A stretch of DNA of 64,000 nt, taken from the NCBI GenBank assembly GCA_044233125.1, contig JBIIKO010000008.1:20873-84872 (forward strand), given 5' to 3'. Shown here in pieces: positions 27,501 through 36,695 of the stretch. Each line of letters opens with the position of its first letter. The first letter of the stretch is position 1. Both the position numbers and the translations under genes were made by a program. This DNA is from Luteolibacter sp. GTDB taxonomy: Bacteria; Verrucomicrobiota; Verrucomicrobiia; Verrucomicrobiales; Akkermansiaceae. Below the pieces are notes generated by a model. That model was given only the letters and a program-made list of their open reading frames with translations, was not told the origin of the DNA and made no database searches.

Positions 27501-29013
27501 AGTCCTCGCGCGACATGAACTGGATCCATCGCGTCTCCGAGCGCGCGCGGTGCGGTCCCTGGGCGCCGGGAAAACGATCCGCCACTTCCACGGCAAAAGA
27601 CACCGTCTGGCCGATTGCCAGATCTGGCAGCGCTTGGCGGTAATCCCAATCAATCCCCTGCTCCGAGCCATCGATCGGCTTGGCTGTCACGAAGGGCACC
27701 TTGGTTTCCTCCGTTTTGTCGATGCGGAAGGTGATGGCGGACTCGCCGATCCCGTGATCGTCATTCGCACGAAAGGCGAACTTCACAATCCGACCGAGTG
27801 TCGCGTAAATGTTTTTCGCTGGGGAGAGCAGCTCGACGCGGGGACCGCGGTCCGGAGCGACCTGTAAGTAGTAATTCAGGCTGGTGAAGGAAAATTCATG
27901 TTCCCGATCGACCCATGAAAAATGGTAGGAGCGGGTCTCCGTGGCCAGACTCTCGTGGCTCACCGTCAGACCGTCGTTGCTGATCTGCATCGGTACCGGC
28001 TCCTGGCCGTCCACGTTCATGATCGCCTTGCTGACGGCGCGATCCAAAGTAAGTTTCCAGCGGATCTTGGTCGTCTCGGGAACTGTTAGAGTCAGGGCAT
28101 CCACCGTTTCCGGCGCGCGCTGCATGTATTCAGGAAGTTCGAGGGTGACATCGGCTTTACGAATGATTGGAGCTTGAATGACCTGCACGCGATGCCACGG
28201 CGACCGCGCGTCACCCGCCTTCACCTGATATTCGAAACTGCGATACGCCGTATCAACCGCATACTCGCAGCGGCCATTTGAAATCGGCAGGGAACGGACG
28301 ATCGGCTTGCCCTTACCGGTGCGCACGGCGATGCTGGCTTGTTTTGGAACAACCTTCGACACCTGACCTACGATTTTAACGGGACTGCCTTCCCTCACCA
28401 CGAAATCATCCTCGGCCAATGTCAGTTGTGTGCGCGTGGGATAATCAATCGCCGCCCATGGGGTGAAAATCCGGCCTAATCCGGCTGTCAGCAAACCACC
28501 CACCGTCATGGAGAGAGCCACCAAAAGCAGGAGCACGCCAGCGGCGATGGCTGCCGAACGCTTCAGCACCCCGAACTTCACGGCATCACTCGGTCGGATC
28601 GTTTCTGCCGCCTTCTCGGCTTTGCCGCATACCAGTTGGACCAGGACATCCGTGGGAGCCGATTTCCGTAACTGCACCGCACTGACCAGGAGACTCTGCA
28701 TGCCGCCGTTGATGCGCTCCAACTGAAGTGCGGCCCGCACCGGTTCGAAGCGGCGGATGTCACTCCAGCCAGCCTTCCATGCCATGAACAACGTCCCACC
28801 CAGCACTCCTAACAGAAAAACAACACGAACAATGACCGGCAGCTCGACCAACCAGTCGATCAATACAGCTGTTAGAAAAAGTGCGAGCCCCCAGCGCACG
28901 GCGGCTAACCCACCGCGGACCAGTAGCAGCATTTGTTCGCGCCGCCAGACAGCGCGCAACTTGCTGTCGAGGGTTTTATCAATTGAGTCGTTCATGGTTT
29001 GATTCTCTTCCAT
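24523..29013 (-). CDS. Large DUF4175-like membrane protein (TM, Ig-like, long coiled coil)
   Basis: Three N-terminal TM segments, beta-rich Ig-like region, ~900 aa helical region and typical end RELPLEHRDTLKNYFERL. ATG at 29013 overlaps the upstream TGA (TGATG). Confidence 0.7.
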   Translation of the reverse strand: MEENQTMNDSIDKTLDSKLRAVWRREQMLLLVRGGLAAVRWGLALFLTAVLIDWLVELPVIVRVVFLLGVLGGTLFMAWKAGWSDIRRFEPVRAALQLERINGGMQSLLVSAVQLRKSAPTDVLVQLVCGKAEKAAETIRPSDAVKFGVLKRSAAIAAGVLLLLVALSMTVGGLLTAGLGRIFTPWAAIDYPTRTQLTLAEDDFVVREGSPVKIVGQVSKVVPKQASIAVRTGKGKPIVRSLPISNGRCEYAVDTAYRSFEYQVKAGDARSPWHRVQVIQAPIIRKADVTLELPEYMQRAPETVDALTLTVPETTKIRWKLTLDRAVSKAIMNVDGQEPVPMQISNDGLTVSHESLATETRSYHFSWVDREHEFSFTSLNYYLQVAPDRGPRVELLSPAKNIYATLGRIVKFAFRANDDHGIGESAITFRIDKTEETKVPFVTAKPIDGSEQGIDWDYRQALPDLAIGQTVSFAVEVADRFPGAQGPHRARSETRWIQFMSREDYLAQLEKQRLRQLSELKAIYREQRKVHEDILRLDPSDPVFMQNCQLEAVRQDLMRERMSKLSIGMQELIDDLAANQITDYPGIDALAQLRKEVLRIAEQNLAATAPALRTLGGEVGKAAPVVASAKSKAVAALDDSSREIGLLVLQLGYNEAADVMAREYRAAASTQAALRLRTIVQQENASVLATEQDQLAVWLKRLFAASPKDRESTVEEALTAFTLSRVVKKMIRDGMEPRLQQASELIRSNSTGDAAKRQAEVIQALLHAESRLRVGGERDALVAAKALYETLVAEQVKIRLAMDALDEKAYRDSGAALAAEQEALQRKLQMLLMPQIPARRPRLFEDHDPLPPPVAELLATADDAMKRAAAAIAKGERDAARKDQELVEKSFKELASISKARIASMTQVLRISRFKFTAEEMFERFGRYSDGLLALLEETEDAAAKKNQANSLAERQASLADTIQQHLDEMNAQVQNDGDSSDQPRALPACLGEIVQSLRTAATLLDAKKPEEAIPFQEGALENVKMANALLADHAGRLSRFGGVLLAVESAEFPSPFIAEIIAEQSDLLERVRKAKDDELPSFAVSQKNLIHAVNATLELLAVVGKTVGSSTVMMFAKEDMEAAADAMLAKDRVEAIDAIEYIVETMEKLRSNILDIVAQHRYVLEIMEASYEASHEGVRLAEAQRRLCVKALAVGADAAALAREQAEIKTGLQTYSALIQRITGLEMNSTSLTSMAEAESLLAKNDIAGAAARMQSAETSLKADAATLANCVKQVGLILGAQEEKPKPEPLLMRQVLAVAAKHKGFIREHSAADGAALKATESGLLAFELSLDPFIVIAQEQLNPPVILAKGEEPPTEPLPPANLHLKLVAAKQSFAEAAAGAVAGDRARTVSGQEKAATSLRHFIIEYAIKFLAEPGKGATPPPPPESEIFVEMQDQFDLMMPGVVSGERPPAGKLDWEVLGKRQRAALNENFARELPLEHRDTLKNYFERLTK

Positions 29014-31391
29014 CACGCAAGATCGTGTTTCCTTCTTAAAATCCATTCGAATCCGAGCAGTCCCGCCAAGATCAGGAGACTCCAGAAATTATCCCACAGC
29101 GGGAATTGTGTTTTGATCAAAGTTTCGTGCCGGGTCCGGTCCAGCAACTTGGGAAGCTCATTGAGTTCCAACACGCCGAGAGATTTTCCACCGGAAAGAT
29201 CGGCGATCCGGCGCAGGGCAGCGCTCTGCATTTCGGTATTGGCCATCTCCGGATCCACATCGGCCACTTGAAACTCGGCGATGTTAGAAAGATCTCGGTC
29301 ATTGGCATTGGCTTCCACGCGGTAGCGCCCCGGGCTTACCGGTGAGAAAAATCCTTCATAGAGACCGGGACTGCCGGAGTCGGGTTGCAGGGTCATTTGC
29401 CGTGGCTCGGCCCCTGGCACGTCCAACGGGGTCACGGTGACTTCGAAAGACGACTGAACCAGCGGTTCATAACGATCATCTAACAAATGCGCATATAGCT
29501 GCACTTGGCCATTCACTGGATAGCTGGCGCGATCCGTTTCCAAGCGGACCCGCCCATGCTCGCCGAGAAGACGGGAAAGCGTCATGAACTGGATGAGCTG
29601 CGACCAAGCGCGCCAGTGATAGGTATCTCCCGCTTTGAAGCGGAGCAACCACATGCGGTCGGTACCTATCATCATGCACTTGCCGGTTCCGTAGCGCTGC
29701 CAAGACACCAATGGATAGGGATCCGGGTTATCGGCGGAACTTGAAAGTGTGGCCAGTACCGTGGCACCGGGACGAGCTTGGAGCAGCGGCGGAATGAGGT
29801 TGAGCGGAGCGACGCGGCGCCACACGGCATCGTTGACATCGGAATCCGTCTCCAAAGTCATCACCAGGCTGCCACGACCCTGCGGGGTGAGCACCGGGTG
29901 CACGGCTTCATCCACCGATTCCCATTCCGCGCCGGGCGTGAATGTGGCTGGCAACATGCGCTCAATCGGCGTTCCCGCATACGTAGTGGGCGAGGAGTGC
30001 AAGCCACAGAGCATCAACAATGAACCCCCACGATCCCGCACCAGTTCTTCCAAGCGGAGCATTTCATCCCCCGTGAAAAAACTGGCTTCGACATCGCCGA
30101 GGATCACCAAGTCATATGCGAACGCTTTTTCACGCAGATCTGGAAAACGCGCGATGTATTCGCTGGAGTTGCGCGCCATCTCAGCACCGGCGCGTGCGGC
30201 GATGAAGGTCACTTGAAGCCGGGGGTCGCGTTTCAGCATGGCTTGCAGATAGCGGTATTCCCAGCGGGCGGTTCCCTCGATACAAAGCACCTTGATCTTC
30301 TCATTCACGATTCGCACGCTGCGGGTGACCACATTGTTTTCTGCGGTTGACTCATCGGCAAACGGCTCGATGGCAATCTCCACTTGGGCTGCACCTTTTT
30401 CATGGATATCGACATGAAAGAAAATTTCCTCGGATTGAAGCCCACCGGCCAAGGTGATCTGTTCCTGTGCCACGCTGCGACCATTCAACCGAACCGTCAC
30501 GCCGACGGTGCGTTTTTCATAGCCCTTCGAATGGATTTGCACACGGATCGGCACCTTGTCACCGGAGAAAGCGACCTCCTGCATGACGATGTTGCGGATC
30601 GCCACATCATCCGGATCCGCCAATCCCAGGGGCACCGGATACACCGGAACATTGCGGACTCCAAGGTCGTAGAGGATTTCCTCAGAAGAATTTGAAGACG
30701 TGTCCATACCATCTGTAAGCAAGAGCACACCGGCGATCGGGGCATCACGTCCGGAGACGGCAACGGCGTTGAGGGAATCGGCAATCGAGGTGCCTGACTT
30801 GCCGGCCGATAGACTGCTCAGGGCATCCGCTCCGAGCTTTCCATCTTCGCCCAGGATTCGCAGATCCTTGCCGAAAGTGTAGTAAGTGATGTCGAAATCT
30901 TTCGCCAACTCGTCGAGCATGGGACGTGCCGAACGGGAAAGAATGCCACTCGCCAGCTTCACGCGGGAAGTTTTTCCGATCGTTTCAAGCTGCTCTCTGG
31001 AGAGAGAGGAGGCTTCCTTAGCCGCCTCGCCCGCTGCCGGTGCCGGAATCATGCCCAATGCGGTGGCCGCCTCGACCACCTCTTCCGGACGCTTGCGGTG
31101 ATCGTTCACTGACATGCTACCGGACACATCGACGAGGACGGGTAGCCGGCGTTTGGTTTCCTTTCTCTGATTGACCACGGCGATCGGCTCGAAGAACATC
31201 GAAAGCACCACGAACAGTGCGAGCAAACGCGCCACACTCGACATGATTCGGACCGACATGGGAGCGCCGCGCGACCCTTTGAAAGAAAGGAGCGTAAGCA
31301 GTAACACGCCTACCATGGCTGCCAGTGCCCAACCCATACCCGGGAATTGACCCCAGATCACTTTTTCAAAACCTGTGAGCATATCCTTCAT
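29013..31391 (-). CDS. Membrane-anchored vWA + Ig-like + GATase1-like protein
   Basis: VLVDVSGSM and LLLTDG (vWA); KVLCIEGTARWEYRYL, YDLVILGDV and GGSLLM (GATase1-like); N- and C-terminal TMs. Confidence 0.8.
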   Translation of the reverse strand: MKDMLTGFEKVIWGQFPGMGWALAAMVGVLLLTLLSFKGSRGAPMSVRIMSSVARLLALFVVLSMFFEPIAVVNQRKETKRRLPVLVDVSGSMSVNDHRKRPEEVVEAATALGMIPAPAAGEAAKEASSLSREQLETIGKTSRVKLASGILSRSARPMLDELAKDFDITYYTFGKDLRILGEDGKLGADALSSLSAGKSGTSIADSLNAVAVSGRDAPIAGVLLLTDGMDTSSNSSEEILYDLGVRNVPVYPVPLGLADPDDVAIRNIVMQEVAFSGDKVPIRVQIHSKGYEKRTVGVTVRLNGRSVAQEQITLAGGLQSEEIFFHVDIHEKGAAQVEIAIEPFADESTAENNVVTRSVRIVNEKIKVLCIEGTARWEYRYLQAMLKRDPRLQVTFIAARAGAEMARNSSEYIARFPDLREKAFAYDLVILGDVEASFFTGDEMLRLEELVRDRGGSLLMLCGLHSSPTTYAGTPIERMLPATFTPGAEWESVDEAVHPVLTPQGRGSLVMTLETDSDVNDAVWRRVAPLNLIPPLLQARPGATVLATLSSSADNPDPYPLVSWQRYGTGKCMMIGTDRMWLLRFKAGDTYHWRAWSQLIQFMTLSRLLGEHGRVRLETDRASYPVNGQVQLYAHLLDDRYEPLVQSSFEVTVTPLDVPGAEPRQMTLQPDSGSPGLYEGFFSPVSPGRYRVEANANDRDLSNIAEFQVADVDPEMANTEMQSAALRRIADLSGGKSLGVLELNELPKLLDRTRHETLIKTQFPLWDNFWSLLILAGLLGFEWILRRKHDLA

Positions 31392-33526
31392 ATTGAACGC
31401 CTCCTGGACAGAAATCCTGCAAACAACCCTTCACCGACGAGGAACACCATTCCCGCCATCAAACAAAGTGGCCAAAGCGAGCGCACCTTGCGCCCCTCAT
31501 GGATCGCCTCGAGCAAGCGATCATCCGAACTGGCCACGCGCACATTGGTATCCGCTAAAATTTGTTCAGCGGCATCAGGCGCTAGCCCTTTGACCGCAGA
31601 TTCCTGCGTGTCCACATTGACAGCGATCGGCGTTCCGGGTGCCTGCGGATTGACGCGTGCTTGGTAAAAACCCGCCTCGCGCGCATTGCCGAGCATCGCA
31701 ACGTAACGGTTCCGATACTCGCTCACAGGCACGCTGATCAGTTCGCCCGATGGGCTTTCAAAGACCGCATCGTTGGTGCCGGGCTGATCGGTGTAAGTAA
31801 GAGTGAGCGAATCACCCACCGTCTGCGGTGTTTCGTATTCGCGCGCTGTTAGATAGGTGACCATTTGTTGCAGCAGCAGGGGGAAAATCGGCGTCACCGC
31901 CATATTGTTCCAGGATGCTCCCGCCGAAGTTGTGAACATGAACACCTGCCCACGTCCGAGCGAATGAGCCAACAGCACCGGCGTTGCGCTGCCGGCCAAG
32001 GTGAGAACCCGCGTACTGGTGGGCGCTGGCTTGACTTGCAGCACCTTGTGGAAACGCGCCTCGCTGAGCAGGTCTTCCGGCAGCGCGCCCAGCGACCGAC
32101 AGGCCGGATGATGCGTGAGCGATGGATCAAGAGGCCGTCCGACGCCCATGGAATCGGTGGTTTCCACCGTCTCTTCAATCACGGCAGGTAACAGCGATGT
32201 GTCATTGCCACGCTGTGAACGCTCATTCCAAACACTGGCCTTGATGCGATCCCCACCAAACCAGATCAGCCCGCGGCCCTTGCGCACATAGTTTTCAAAA
32301 ACTTGCGCCTGCTCGGCCGTGATGTCCGGAACGTCCGCGAGGACCACCAGATCGAACCCATCGAGATTCTGTGCGGGAAGCTCAGTCCAAGAGACCGACT
32401 GCACCGCCAAATCCTCATCGCCCGACATGCCACGGTGTGCCTGAAGGGCAGCCGCAATCAACCGGCTCGAAGCGGCCCCGGCCGCATCGCCATCCACGCA
32501 GAGCACGGAAACTTTTTCACGAATCACCGCTACCGCACGCCGGGTATTGTCCGCCTCCAGCGAGTCAGCCTCGATAGCGGCCGCGATGCGAACCGCACCC
32601 GGATCCCGGAATGGAATGAAAAGCGAAACGGACTCCGATGCGCCGGGAGCAATGCTGGAGATCACCTTACTGTCCACGTTGATGTCGTTCATCAGACCGG
32701 ACACGCGAACATTCTTTGCTTCCTGTAGGCCATAGTTTCGGACGGTGGCTTGGTAGCGTGCCGTGGTGTCCTTGCGCAGCACTCCAGAAATCAATTCCAG
32801 CGAAGTGACTCCGAGGTTTTCAGTGCCTCCGTCAATCGGAACCATCATGACCGAGGCCCCGGCAGCCAGATTGCGCAGGGAAGTCTTGAGGAAATGGGAT
32901 CGCGATTGCCATGCCTGCTCGCCCATATCGGAGATGATATAAATCTCACGCTGCGGCACCGCGAGTTCGGCGGTTAGATTTCCAAGAAACCGCGGCACGC
33001 TGTCCAAATCCAGCGATTCAGCCGTGGCCACCTGACCGTTCAGCAATTCAGAGAACGCAGTGGGATCGAACATCGTGTTGCGCGCCAGCACGCGGTGCTC
33101 CGATCCGAGCAAAACCAAACTCACCGGATCACCGGGCCGAATGGATTGCGCGATGACATCCGCCTTGGCGAGCGCCCGCTCGAAACGCGTTTCCTTGCCA
33201 TCGCTGTGCTGCATGCTGCAAGAGGCATCAATCGCGATGACCACTCCGGAGCGATTTTCACCCAACGCCGCCAATGCACTTCCATCCGACGAACCGAAGG
33301 GTTTGGCGAGTGCAAGCACAAGCAGCAGCAGGGCCAAACAACGCAGAAGCAAAAGCAGTAGATCGCGCAGGCGCAATTGACGCGAACGCACCCGGACACT
33401 GCGATTGAGGAAGCGCATTGCCGCCCAATCCGTGCGCCTCACCTGATCGCGGTTCAATAAATGCGCAAGGATCGGGAGGGACAAGCCGAGCACTCCGAGC
33501 AAAAGAAAGGGATTTAGAAAATTCAT
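31388..33526 (-). CDS. BatA-domain + vWA + CARDB-like membrane protein
   Basis: MNFLNP...LPILAHLLNR...WAAMRFL (BatA N-terminus), AIDASCSM MIDAS, IISDM, C-terminal TM. Confidence 0.85.
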   Translation of the reverse strand: MNFLNPFLLLGVLGLSLPILAHLLNRDQVRRTDWAAMRFLNRSVRVRSRQLRLRDLLLLLLRCLALLLLVLALAKPFGSSDGSALAALGENRSGVVIAIDASCSMQHSDGKETRFERALAKADVIAQSIRPGDPVSLVLLGSEHRVLARNTMFDPTAFSELLNGQVATAESLDLDSVPRFLGNLTAELAVPQREIYIISDMGEQAWQSRSHFLKTSLRNLAAGASVMMVPIDGGTENLGVTSLELISGVLRKDTTARYQATVRNYGLQEAKNVRVSGLMNDINVDSKVISSIAPGASESVSLFIPFRDPGAVRIAAAIEADSLEADNTRRAVAVIREKVSVLCVDGDAAGAASSRLIAAALQAHRGMSGDEDLAVQSVSWTELPAQNLDGFDLVVLADVPDITAEQAQVFENYVRKGRGLIWFGGDRIKASVWNERSQRGNDTSLLPAVIEETVETTDSMGVGRPLDPSLTHHPACRSLGALPEDLLSEARFHKVLQVKPAPTSTRVLTLAGSATPVLLAHSLGRGQVFMFTTSAGASWNNMAVTPIFPLLLQQMVTYLTAREYETPQTVGDSLTLTYTDQPGTNDAVFESPSGELISVPVSEYRNRYVAMLGNAREAGFYQARVNPQAPGTPIAVNVDTQESAVKGLAPDAAEQILADTNVRVASSDDRLLEAIHEGRKVRSLWPLCLMAGMVFLVGEGLFAGFLSRRRSI

Positions 33527-34452
33527 ACTCGTGCACCTCCTGATTGACCTGAAGACATCGACTCGCGTTCATGGAAAAACTGACTGAGAACCAAATCCAA
33601 GGGACGTGAGGTATCGATCAACGTATAATCGATTCCGGTACCGGCACAGGCCTTGCGGAAAGTATCAAGGTAGCTGTTGAGATTGGACAGATAGTCCTCA
33701 CGAATTCTCTCCGGCTGAGTGGTGAGTGGCAGCTCATTCTCAAGTCCGTCAAACTGCCAAGGCCCCTTGAACGGAAACTCGAGCTCATAGGGGTCAAGCG
33801 TGTGGCATACAACCACATTGTGCCCACTGAAACGCAGATGATCGAGGCCTAACATGATCTCATCGACATCCGCCAAAAAATCCGAGATCACCACCACAAC
33901 CGAACGCCGTTTCATCATCAACGCCGTGTCATGGAGTTGTTTGGCAATCGTGTTCTTGGGCTCGGAGGTGATCTGATTGAGCAAGCGGTCGATCTGGAGG
34001 ATGATACTCATCGACGAACGTGGAGGCAAATAGGCACGCACGGCGGAATCGAAAATCGAGAGCCCGACCGAATCGCGCTGTTTGAGCACAATATAAGCGA
34101 GCGAAGCCGCGAGGAACTTGGCGTATTCCAGCTTGCTGACCTTGCCAGAGCCGTAGGTCATGGACGCGCTGGCATCCATCAGCAGGTGACAATCATAATT
34201 CGTTTCCGCCTCATACAACTTCGTGAAGTAGCGCTCGGTACGACCATAAACCCGCCAGTCGATACTCCGAATCGGATCGCCCGAGACAAATTGCCGGTGA
34301 TGTGCGAACTCGGTGCTGAAGCCGCGCAGCGGACTGCGATGACTGCCCACACGCAGGCCCTCCACCACCTCGCGAGCAACGAGCTCGAGGTCATCGAGCT
34401 TCTGCAGGAGCTCGGGTTGCAGATAGGAATTTTGTTGTGATTGATCCATCAT
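33523..34452 (-). CDS. DUF58 protein (MoxR-associated vWA-like)
   Basis: GSHRSPLRGFSTEFAHHRQF..GD.IRSIDWRVYGRT and LMDASASM. Confidence 0.92.
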   Translation of the reverse strand: MMDQSQQNSYLQPELLQKLDDLELVAREVVEGLRVGSHRSPLRGFSTEFAHHRQFVSGDPIRSIDWRVYGRTERYFTKLYEAETNYDCHLLMDASASMTYGSGKVSKLEYAKFLAASLAYIVLKQRDSVGLSIFDSAVRAYLPPRSSMSIILQIDRLLNQITSEPKNTIAKQLHDTALMMKRRSVVVVISDFLADVDEIMLGLDHLRFSGHNVVVCHTLDPYELEFPFKGPWQFDGLENELPLTTQPERIREDYLSNLNSYLDTFRKACAGTGIDYTLIDTSRPLDLVLSQFFHERESMSSGQSGGARV

Positions 34453-34516
34453 GAGGAGGCGTTACATCCAATGTCGCGTAGGCTTTTGTTTTCGTATTAC
34501 TGACGTCCCAGCCTGC

Positions 34517-35533
34517 TTATTTCTGATAGATTTTTTCATCAGAAGGGATTTCCTTCAGGAGCCTTTCAATCAAGGTGTCCGAGGTCATACCATCGGAACG
34601 TGCCGCAAAGCTCGGAATAATCCTGTGCCGCAGGATCGGCAGCGCCAAAGCCTGGATATCCTCGATCGCCACGTGATGCCTGCCCCTCAGCGCGGCTCTC
34701 GCCTTGCCCGCCGTGATCAAATTGAGCGAAGCCCTGGGACCGGCGCCCCAGGCCATCAGTTTCTTGACGAAATCAGGTGAGTCCGCCTCGTTGGGACGCG
34801 TAGCCCGGACGAGTGAGGCAGCATATTCAAACACATGCTCGGCGACAGGAATGCGGCGTACGACATGTTGGAATTCCAGGATGGCGGCCTTGTCGATGAC
34901 TTGCTTCACATCCGCCTCGGTGTCACTTGTGATACTGCGCATGATGGACAGTTCCTCGTTACGGCTGGGATATTTCACCATGATATTGAAGAGGAAGCGG
35001 TCAAGCTGCGCCTCTGGCAGAGGATAGGTGCCTTCCTGCTCGATCGGGTTTTGCGTGGCCAAAACGAAGAACGGCGCGTCGAGCTTGTATTCCTCACCAC
35101 CGGAGGAAACCCGCTTCTCCTGCATCGCTTCAAGCAATGCGGCTTGGGTCTTTGGCGGAGTCCGGTTGATTTCGTCTGCCAGCAAGAGATTGGTGAAGAC
35201 CGGGCCCTTCTGGAACTTGAAGCTGCGACGATGCGTCTCCGGATCTTCCTGCAACAACTCGGTGCCGGTGATGTCCGAGGGCATCAGATCCGGTGTGAAC
35301 TGGATGCGCTTGAAGCCAAGTGACATGGTTTTCGCCAGCTCGCTGACCAGCAGCGTCTTAGCAAGACCGGGAACCCCGACGAGCAGGCAGTGGCCACGGG
35401 CAAAGATTGCGATCATCATCTCGTCGATGACTTCATCCATTCCGACGATCACCTTGCGAAGTTCTGTCACGATCGCATCCCTTGTCTTGCCGAGGTTTTC
35501 GACCGCGGCTGCGTTATCTGTCTGATTGCTCAT
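34517..35533 (-). CDS. moxR: MoxR-family AAA+ ATPase
   Basis: [67 protein letters not shown]. Confidence 0.96.
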   Translation of the reverse strand: MSNQTDNAAAVENLGKTRDAIVTELRKVIVGMDEVIDEMMIAIFARGHCLLVGVPGLAKTLLVSELAKTMSLGFKRIQFTPDLMPSDITGTELLQEDPETHRRSFKFQKGPVFTNLLLADEINRTPPKTQAALLEAMQEKRVSSGGEEYKLDAPFFVLATQNPIEQEGTYPLPEAQLDRFLFNIMVKYPSRNEELSIMRSITSDTEADVKQVIDKAAILEFQHVVRRIPVAEHVFEYAASLVRATRPNEADSPDFVKKLMAWGAGPRASLNLITAGKARAALRGRHHVAIEDIQALALPILRHRIIPSFAARSDGMTSDTLIERLLKEIPSDEKIYQK

Positions 35534-35600
35534 GCTATTTTTATTATGTTAGATTTTATATGTTGTTTTCGGCACCGGGAGCCGAATGAGAATTTTTCAT

Positions 35601-36671
35601 TCACTTGTTTTTCAACAGCTCAACCATGGCCTGTCCCATGCCTTCGCCGACGTTCATGTAAGTCTCGGAGTTACTGCCGTAGTGGCCGTTGCCGCTACCA
35701 CCCTTCGAAAGCGGATGGGTGTAGACGGTTTTGACGTTGCCTTTGAAATCCGGATGCTTGCCGGAGTCGCCATCGACCGCGAGGTGAGCTTCGAGAATCT
35801 TGCCCCCATTGCCGCCGGATCCCTTCTTAGCTTCACCTAAAGTGCCGAGCACAAACTTTGCATGGGGAGCATTAAAGTCCTTGCGCAAAGCCTTGATGAA
35901 ACGGACAAGATTTTCCTCATAGTGAGCCGCGTGGGTGGCGCTGCCCGTGTCCTTCTCCCCCTGCCAGAAAAAGAATCCGGCCACCTCGTAACTCTTGGCT
36001 CCTGGGTAGTAGGTATTCAGATCACTCAGCACCGCCTTTGCATACTCGACATCGTCGTCGTATTGCTTGCCGGCATACCAACCCTGCGGCTTCTCGCCAT
36101 TGCCTTTGAGATTGTCCCTCGTTCCGCGGTAACCGGGCTGGCCGTCATAAGGTTCGCTACCTGGAGGCAACAAGTCCCAGCCAAGGCTGCGGTTACCGAT
36201 GCAGCTTTTGAGGATCATCACCGGTGCGTCGATGAAATCGCCCACGAAATGCGCGATGCCAAACTCCGGTCCGATGGACTTGCACTTGGCCACGTTCATC
36301 GGCTCGTTGTTGAAGACTTGCATGCCACCACCTTTTTTCCCGGACATGACGCGCACATAACGGACGTCGGCGCGGGAGGCCCACTTGCTTTCATCATCGA
36401 CCAGATAGGGATACAGTTTTTTGACCTTAACCGCGTGTTCCAGTCCACCTTCTCCGCCCGGAATGCGTCCCATTCCGACCATATTGGACTGCCCTAACAA
36501 AATGAAGACCTGAGCGGGCTTCGACATATCGGGCTCCTTGCCAACGGTTTTTCCCACTTCCTTTGGAGTCTCCGGTGCGCCGCCCTTGCGTTTGGCCGCA
36601 TCCGCGGTCGAGATTCCGATCATCAATACCGCTCCAAGGGTAGCCACCTTCACTAAATGATTTAACTTCAT
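35601..36671 (-). CDS. Exported SASA/sialate O-acetylesterase-family SGNH esterase
   Basis: FILLGQSNM, IGPEFG, FFWQGEKD and C-terminal GHY; signal peptide. Confidence 0.85.
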   Translation of the reverse strand: MKLNHLVKVATLGAVLMIGISTADAAKRKGGAPETPKEVGKTVGKEPDMSKPAQVFILLGQSNMVGMGRIPGGEGGLEHAVKVKKLYPYLVDDESKWASRADVRYVRVMSGKKGGGMQVFNNEPMNVAKCKSIGPEFGIAHFVGDFIDAPVMILKSCIGNRSLGWDLLPPGSEPYDGQPGYRGTRDNLKGNGEKPQGWYAGKQYDDDVEYAKAVLSDLNTYYPGAKSYEVAGFFFWQGEKDTGSATHAAHYEENLVRFIKALRKDFNAPHAKFVLGTLGEAKKGSGGNGGKILEAHLAVDGDSGKHPDFKGNVKTVYTHPLSKGGSGNGHYGSNSETYMNVGEGMGQAMVELLKNK

Positions 36672-36695
36672 GGATCGTTTCTTTTTTGGGTGGTC

